DNA of 20,000 bases, from IMG/VR virus record IMGVR_UViG_3300030606_000005. One strand, written 5' to 3'. Origin of the DNA: an uncultured virus (IMG/VR IMGVR_UViG_3300030606_000005) (Duplodnaviria > Heunggongvirae > Uroviricota > Caudoviricetes). Each line of letters opens with the position of its first letter. Within the stretch, counting starts at the first letter, position 1. The position numbers and the translations under genes were made by a program. This document shows, piece after piece, positions 15,507-20,000 of the stretch. The notes under the pieces were generated by a model, which was not told the DNA's origin, searched no databases, and saw nothing but the letters and a program-made list of their open reading frames with translations.

Positions 15507-15653
15507 AACGCCGCCACCATCCGCGCCGACCGCTCCCGCGACCGCTGGCCCGCCCCCGACGACTCCGAGGGCGGCGTCAACCGCTGGTACGGCGCCACGG
15601 CCACGAAGGCGCTCAAGAGCCGCCGTGGCTACCGAAGCGGCGAGGAACGGTGA
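15507..15653 (+). pseudogene. start-less remnant of an excisionase-like HTH gene
   Basis: Reads NAATIRADRSRDRWPAPDDSEGGVNRWYGATATKALKSRRGYRSGEER* with nearly all G/C third positions; no start codon; in frame after the TGA at 15504-15506. Confidence 0.55.
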
Positions 15654-15787
15654 GGTGACCGCCTGGACCGGCCCATGTGATCTGCTGACGCGCCGACGGC
15701 GCTATGTCACGGAACGGGCACACGGCCTACCCGCAGCGTTCACGCCCCTGCATGATTCCCCCAGCACCAGCAGACCCAGGGGGGATC

Positions 15788-16432
15788 TTGAGCACGCCCG
15801 AGCCCGAAAGAGCCTACGAGCCCGAGGGCGCCTGCCTCGTAGGCTGCGCCTACGGCATCGCCGTCCTCGCCGCATTGGTCGGGATAGGAGTGATGGCGGA
15901 CAACGGATTCGGAGCGGCGGCCTTTCTGCCGCTGTTCCTGCTCGTCGGCGGCGTTGTCGTGCACGTCAGGTACCTCATCCGCTGGGCGGCCGAACACCGG
16001 CGGCTTGAGGCCGAACGTCAGCGTGTGCGGATGTTGCAGTCCACCGAGATCGTCCGCTACCACGCCATGAAACCGCGCGAGTTCGAGCAGGCCATCGCCT
16101 TTCTCTGTGAACGGGACGGCTGCGCTGGGGCGCGTGTCGTCGGCGGGGCCGGAGACCTTGGCGCGGACGTCCTCGCCACCGCGCCTGATGGTAGGCGCAT
16201 CGTGATCCAGTGCAAGCGCTACGGGCCCACCACGAAGGTCGGCAGCCCGGACCTCCAGCGGTTCGGGGGCACCTGTTACAGCGTCCACGGCGCACAGGTC
16301 GCCGCCGTCGTCACCACCTCGGTTTTCACTCGTCCGGCCGCCAACTACGGGGCGCAGCACGGTATCCGGCTGTTCGACGAGGCCGCCCTAGCGGCATGGG
16401 CAACTCGCACCGGCCCGGCACCGTGGATGTGA
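15788..16432 (+). CDS. membrane-anchored Mrr-family (PD-(D/E)xK, QxK variant) restriction endonuclease domain protein (214 aa)
   Basis: Two N-terminal hydrophobic helices; PREFEQAIAFL, GGAGDLGADV, IVIQCKRY, KVGSPDLQRFGG, VVTTSVFT..A. TTG start with AGGGGGA RBS. Confidence 0.85.
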   Translation: MSTPEPERAYEPEGACLVGCAYGIAVLAALVGIGVMADNGFGAAAFLPLFLLVGGVVVHVRYLIRWAAEHRRLEAERQRVRMLQSTEIVRYHAMKPREFEQAIAFLCERDGCAGARVVGGAGDLGADVLATAPDGRRIVIQCKRYGPTTKVGSPDLQRFGGTCYSVHGAQVAAVVTTSVFTRPAANYGAQHGIRLFDEAALAAWATRTGPAPWM

Positions 16433-16692
16433 TGCGCCCTGTAACCGGCGCCCGCGTACGCTGACCGCGAGCCCTCGAAAGCGGTAGGCGCACCGGGCGG
16501 CCGTACACCGCCGACGCTCCGGGCGGGCCGCGCGACCTCGTGCGCCCGGGAGGGGTAGAACCCCGGCCCGTCCAACAAGCTCCCACATAGGGGCGACGCA
16601 CGGGGAAGGGTGTCCGGCCCCGGTCTACGGGTCGCAGCGCCGGCGGGCTCCGCGAGCCTCAAGAGCGGTCCCTGTCGCCGCGCTCACCAGAA

Positions 16693-16725
16693 GGGCCCGG
16701 GACGCCATCACGGCGTCCCGGGCCC
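16693..16725. terminator. 14-bp perfect hairpin between convergent transcription units
   Basis: GGGCCCGGGACGCC-ATCAC-GGCGTCCCGGGCCC, overlapping the stop of the minus-strand gene. Confidence 0.7.
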
Positions 16726-17487
16726 CTCGCTGTCCACCTGCTTCTCGCCGGAGCCCTGGCCGGGCATGGCCAGCTCGATGCCGCGCCTCTTACGCAGCCA
16801 CCGGGCAGCTCCGTACAGGCACGCCCACAGCGTCCCGCAAGAGGCCAAACCCGCAACGATCAGGGAGTGAAGTCCCTCGGTGGCCGAAATGTAGATGGCG
16901 AGGGGACCCACCATCGCCGCAATGACCCCGTTCGTACGGTCGTCAGTCGCCAGCACCCAGTCCACCGGACGCCATGCCGGGCGCGCGGCGTCGTGCATAC
17001 GCATCCGGAGTGCCGCGATCAGAAAGCCCAAGGCGAGGACCACCTGTTGACGGCGGCCAGGAATGTTCCGGTCTTCAGGTGACCCGGCTAGAAGGGCCAT
17101 CCATTCGTCATGGAGATGTGCCCGGTTGGCACCAGCGATTCCCGCCGCGAGCTTGGCCGCGCGCCTCGCCGAGGGCGCGGGTTGGCTTCCTGAGGGGGAC
17201 GCAACGGTAACTGACCTCGTTCCGATTGTTGATCGGCGGACCCGGATCTCGCGTATAGACCAAACGTCGGACTCGTCGACACCCGGAGCGGATATCACAA
17301 CTCGCAAATGCTGCCCGGCCCGCACCGAGTAAATGCCCTCGGATCCCATGATACGGACCGCATGAACCGGCCGCCCCGTGAGGAAAGAAGCCACTGCTGC
17401 GTGGCAGTTCAGTTGCCGACCCTTAGGCATTGTGGCCAACTGCTCGGAAGCTTTCGGCGACGCGCGAACGACTGTCGTTGTATTCAC
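16708..17487 (-). CDS. membrane protein co-transcribed with PadR (259 aa)
   Basis: GTGA overlap with PadR; AAKLAAGIAG..RAHLHDEWMALL and C-terminal hydrophobic helices. Confidence 0.65.
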   Translation of the reverse strand: MNTTTVVRASPKASEQLATMPKGRQLNCHAAVASFLTGRPVHAVRIMGSEGIYSVRAGQHLRVVISAPGVDESDVWSIREIRVRRSTIGTRSVTVASPSGSQPAPSARRAAKLAAGIAGANRAHLHDEWMALLAGSPEDRNIPGRRQQVVLALGFLIAALRMRMHDAARPAWRPVDWVLATDDRTNGVIAAMVGPLAIYISATEGLHSLIVAGLASCGTLWACLYGAARWLRKRRGIELAMPGQGSGEKQVDSEGPGTP

Positions 17488-17798
17488 GCCGTACCACCTG
17501 CCAGTCCTAGACCGAAGCGGCGGGCCTTGCGCGCCTCAAGCGCTTGGGTGGCCTGCTGGCGGCCAGCGCCAGTGAGTTCGTAGAACCGGCGCGGGGGACG
17601 GCCGGGGTGTGGGCCTGTCTCCTCGTAGCTGGTGACCCAGCCGCGTTCGGTGAGTCGGTCGAGGATCGGATACACGGTGCCGGAACCGAGGTCGGCGTCA
17701 CGGCAGATGCTCAGCCCCCATGCGGGGGTGTCATCCGTCGACGCCAACAACACCTCGAGCACAGCGATGGTCGGCTTGGTCAGCCTCGGTGTGGTCAT
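17484..17798 (-). CDS. PadR-family transcriptional regulator (104 aa)
   Basis: RLTKPTIAVLEVLL...WGLSICRDADLGSGTVYPILDRLTERGWV...GRPPRRFYELTGAG. Confidence 0.9.
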   Translation of the reverse strand: MTTPRLTKPTIAVLEVLLASTDDTPAWGLSICRDADLGSGTVYPILDRLTERGWVTSYEETGPHPGRPPRRFYELTGAGRQQATQALEARKARRFGLGLAGGTA

Positions 17799-17804
17799 GA
17801 CCCC

Positions 17805-17823
17805 AGTAGACCATATGTCGAGT
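17805..17823. promoter_or_regulatory. imperfect palindrome just upstream of the (probably leaderless) padR gene; candidate auto-operator
   Basis: AGTAGAC-CATAT-GTCGAGT located 7 nt before the padR ATG; no SD sequence evident. Confidence 0.35.
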
Positions 17824-17937
17824 ACGAGAGAAGCATGCACTTCCCGTCACAGTTGCACCACGAAGTGTGCGCACACCAGTCTCAACCCGCACGACACCCC
17901 GACAATTACGGCCGTACGTACCGTCCTTGGGGGGACC

Positions 17938-18540
17938 ATGCACACCAGAAGAACCGCGCTCGCCACCATCGCCATCCTCACCGCCACCACACTCACCGCC
18001 TGTAGTGAGCCCGCGCAAGGTACGGCCGAACGCGCCACCGCGGCGACCAGCTCGCCGGCCTCCAGCTCACCCGAGAGCGACGCGCCGGCCGCGGACACCG
18101 CCGACCAGCCGGACACCGAACTCGCCGTCGGCGACACCTTCGCCTACACCGACGGCTTGAAGGTGAAGGTCGACAGCATCCGCACCATCACCCGCTTCGG
18201 GGAGTACGACGACAAGCCCGACGCCGACCGGACTCCGTTCCGCGTCACCTTCACCATCACCAACGGCACCAAGAAGCCGTACGACATGGACAGCTTCAGC
18301 TACGACGCCCAAGGCGCCACCACCGGCGGCCAGACCGAATTCCTGTACGTCGAAGTCGACTCCAAGCAGATGGCCGGCCGCCTCGCCCCCGGCCGCAGCA
18401 GCACCTTCACGTCCGAGTACTCCATCGCCACGAGCGACGGCAAGGACATCGTGTTCTCCATGTCCCGCACGGACGACGCCTGGCTGGAGAGCGGCAGCTT
18501 CCTCGGCGACGACCCGAACTGGACCGGCACCATCAAGTAG
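17938..18540 (+). CDS. lipoprotein with DUF4352-like beta-sandwich domain (200 aa)
   Basis: Signal peptide MHTRRTALATIAILTATTLTAC (lipobox LTAC), Ala/Ser/Pro linker, LAVGDTF.Y.DG.KV...VTFTITNGT...GRLAPG. Confidence 0.85.
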   Translation: MHTRRTALATIAILTATTLTACSEPAQGTAERATAATSSPASSSPESDAPAADTADQPDTELAVGDTFAYTDGLKVKVDSIRTITRFGEYDDKPDADRTPFRVTFTITNGTKKPYDMDSFSYDAQGATTGGQTEFLYVEVDSKQMAGRLAPGRSSTFTSEYSIATSDGKDIVFSMSRTDDAWLESGSFLGDDPNWTGTIK

Positions 18541-18608
18541 CCCGACGCCTCCTGATCTACCAGTCTGGGACCAAGTAGTAGATCCACTGGTAGTTCCGGG
18601 AGATGCGG

Positions 18609-18827
18609 TCAGTCCTCGTCGTCGTACAGCGATGGGAACGCCCGGCGCGCCACGGCGCCGCTGTACGCCGCCACGTTCGCCATCTCCTCAGCTGTCAACG
18701 GCCGCGGATCCCGCAGCCCCTCGGCGAGGTCGTCGACCAAGCACCGGCCCATGTGCTCCAGCGCAGCGCGGTGCTGCTCGGCGACGGTGGGACCCAGGCC
18801 CAGGAGACGGCGGATGAAGCGGTGCAT
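18609..18827 (-). CDS. hypothetical protein (72 aa)
   Basis: MHRFIRRLLGLGP...RAFPSLYDDED, GC3-rich codons on the minus strand. Confidence 0.55.
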   Translation of the reverse strand: MHRFIRRLLGLGPTVAEQHRAALEHMGRCLVDDLAEGLRDPRPLTAEEMANVAAYSGAVARRAFPSLYDDED

Positions 18828-18870
18828 ACGGCCAGCATGGCACGCCCCACCGACCGGGCACACTGGACAT

Positions 18871-19092
18871 GTGAGCACACCACTCGGACGCGACGGGCGC
18901 AGCCTCGTCGACACCGCGATGGCGACGTACAGCTTCGGATGGAAGCGAGCCAGCAGCTTCCGCGCCTGGGCCACACGCCACGGCGTACGCCCCGCCACGT
19001 ACCAGCCGAGCCCCAACGGAGGCCAGCCCACCGCACTGTGGGACCTCGCCGATATTGCTGAGGCGCTTGACAAACGCAACACCGCTGCTTGA
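18871..19092 (+). CDS. small MerR/excisionase-like HTH protein, candidate late regulator (73 aa)
   Basis: LVDTAMA...ASSFRAWATRHGV...TALWDLADI; sits directly upstream of the late promoter and HNH genes. Confidence 0.65.
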   Translation: MSTPLGRDGRSLVDTAMATYSFGWKRASSFRAWATRHGVRPATYQPSPNGGQPTALWDLADIAEALDKRNTAA

Positions 19093-19118
19093 CCGGACGA
19101 CCTCGTGCAGCGCATGAT
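19089..19118 (+). promoter_or_regulatory. putative promoter for the HNH/late operon
   Basis: TTGACC-N18-CATGAT, followed by the hairpin GAGCCCGG/CCGGGCTC at 19145-19168. Confidence 0.5.
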
Positions 19119-19182
19119 CTGTCATGTTGCATGTAGTGCCTGATGAGCCCGGCCACCGAGCCGGGCTCCGGCATGTCCGGGG

Positions 19183-19548
19183 GTGAGCACCGTGGCCCGC
19201 ACCTCCAGGCAGGACACCCCCGACCAGGCCCGCCAGGACCAAGGCCGCTCCCGACGCAAGACCGCCGAGGCCGCCCAGCAGAACCGCACCGCCCGGCAAC
19301 ACCTCCGCCTCGAAGCCCAGGTGTACACCGAGGAAGCCGACTGCTTCAGGTGCGGCACCCCGGTCGACCAGAACATCGAGGGCACCACTCATCCGTGGGG
19401 CCCGGTCGTCGCTCACCCCCGGCCCCTCTGGGCCGGAGGCAATCCGCTCGACAGGGCCAACACCCGCCTCGCACACCGACGCTGTAAGACCGCCTACTGC
19501 GAGCAGCTCAGGGCAGCCCAAGCGGCCGGCACCCGGGCCGTGAACTGA
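19183..19548 (+). CDS. degenerate HNH endonuclease-like protein (121 aa)
   Basis: CFRCG...VAHPRPLWAGG...NTRLAHRRCK; the usual DH and terminal CN are replaced by AH and CK. Confidence 0.65.
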   Translation: MSTVARTSRQDTPDQARQDQGRSRRKTAEAAQQNRTARQHLRLEAQVYTEEADCFRCGTPVDQNIEGTTHPWGPVVAHPRPLWAGGNPLDRANTRLAHRRCKTAYCEQLRAAQAAGTRAVN

Positions 19549-19642
19549 GGGGCCCCACCCCCACCCCAGGCACACAGCCTCCCCCGCCCCGCCCCGGCAC
19601 GAGACCTCACACCGCACTCCACACACGCCGAGTGAGGTGACC

Positions 19643-19912
19643 ATGGCCAGCAACAAGACCACCACCGCAGCCGGATACGGCTACGACCACCAGCGCCTAC
19701 GTGCCGCCCTACTGCCCGACGCCTACGGCAAACCCTGTCCCCGCTGCGGCACGCCCATGCTGCCCGGCCAGACCCTGGACCTGGACCACACCGACGACCG
19801 CTCCGGCTACCACGGCATGGCACATGCCTCGTGCAACCGCGCAGCAGGTGCTCACAAGCGCAATGCCAAGCACCGCGCCAAGCGCGTGTGGCGCACCTCC
19901 CGCCGCTGGTAG
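19643..19912 (+). CDS. HNH/endonuclease VII-like protein typical of the terminase-proximal region (89 aa)
   Basis: GYGYDHQRLR...CPRCG...LDLDHTDDRSGY.G.AHASCNRAAG; GAGGTG RBS. Confidence 0.85.
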   Translation: MASNKTTTAAGYGYDHQRLRAALLPDAYGKPCPRCGTPMLPGQTLDLDHTDDRSGYHGMAHASCNRAAGAHKRNAKHRAKRVWRTSRRW

Positions 19913-20000
19913 GGCATCATCCCAGGTCAGAGCCATGATCGCGGAGGGAGGCGGAGGGGTAGGGGGGCACCCCCGCCACGCGATCATGGGGCGCCCTGAC

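Larger units (their letters stand above)
1..20000. mobile_element. actinobacterial (Streptomyces-like) temperate phage/prophage segment
   Basis: Dense coupled small ORFs, phage zinc fingers, DUF932, tRNAs, orphan MTases and terminal HNH genes; no housekeeping genes. Confidence 0.9.

Noticed and set aside
19140..19175. CTGATGA followed by a stem, resembling a hammerhead ribozyme core
   Set aside because: The required GAAA after stem II is absent (TCCG instead) and no stems I/III are evident; treated as a plain leader hairpin.
19549..19630. C-rich tract (G-quadruplex-capable on the minus strand)
   Set aside because: Low-complexity C runs are common in intergenic DNA of this composition; nothing else supports a function.

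Overview
High-GC actinobacterial (most likely Streptomyces) temperate phage/prophage DNA. The window covers the early/middle accessory arm up to the late-region boundary, with tandem HNH genes at the right end. It is mostly a run of short, translationally coupled + strand hypothetical genes. Recognisable elements are: two N6-adenine DNA methyltransferase-like genes that appear to lack target-recognition domains (one PglX/BREX-2-like ending in a QLGLF beta-clamp-type motif, one Eco57I/type-ISP-like hybrid); three scattered tRNA-like genes whose anticodons are all A/T-only (UAA bldA-type, ambiguous UAA/UUA, UAU); a ribbon-helix-helix plus GIY-YIG-HTH pair divergent from an early operon across four GGTGTAGCTACACC palindromic operators; a sigma-like regulator; DUF932; a T5orf172-type GIY-YIG-HTH gene behind a PafBC-like promoter; a membrane-anchored Mrr-type nuclease; a PadR/membrane-protein pair; and a lipoprotein. 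All family assignments come from motif recognition by eye, not database searches.
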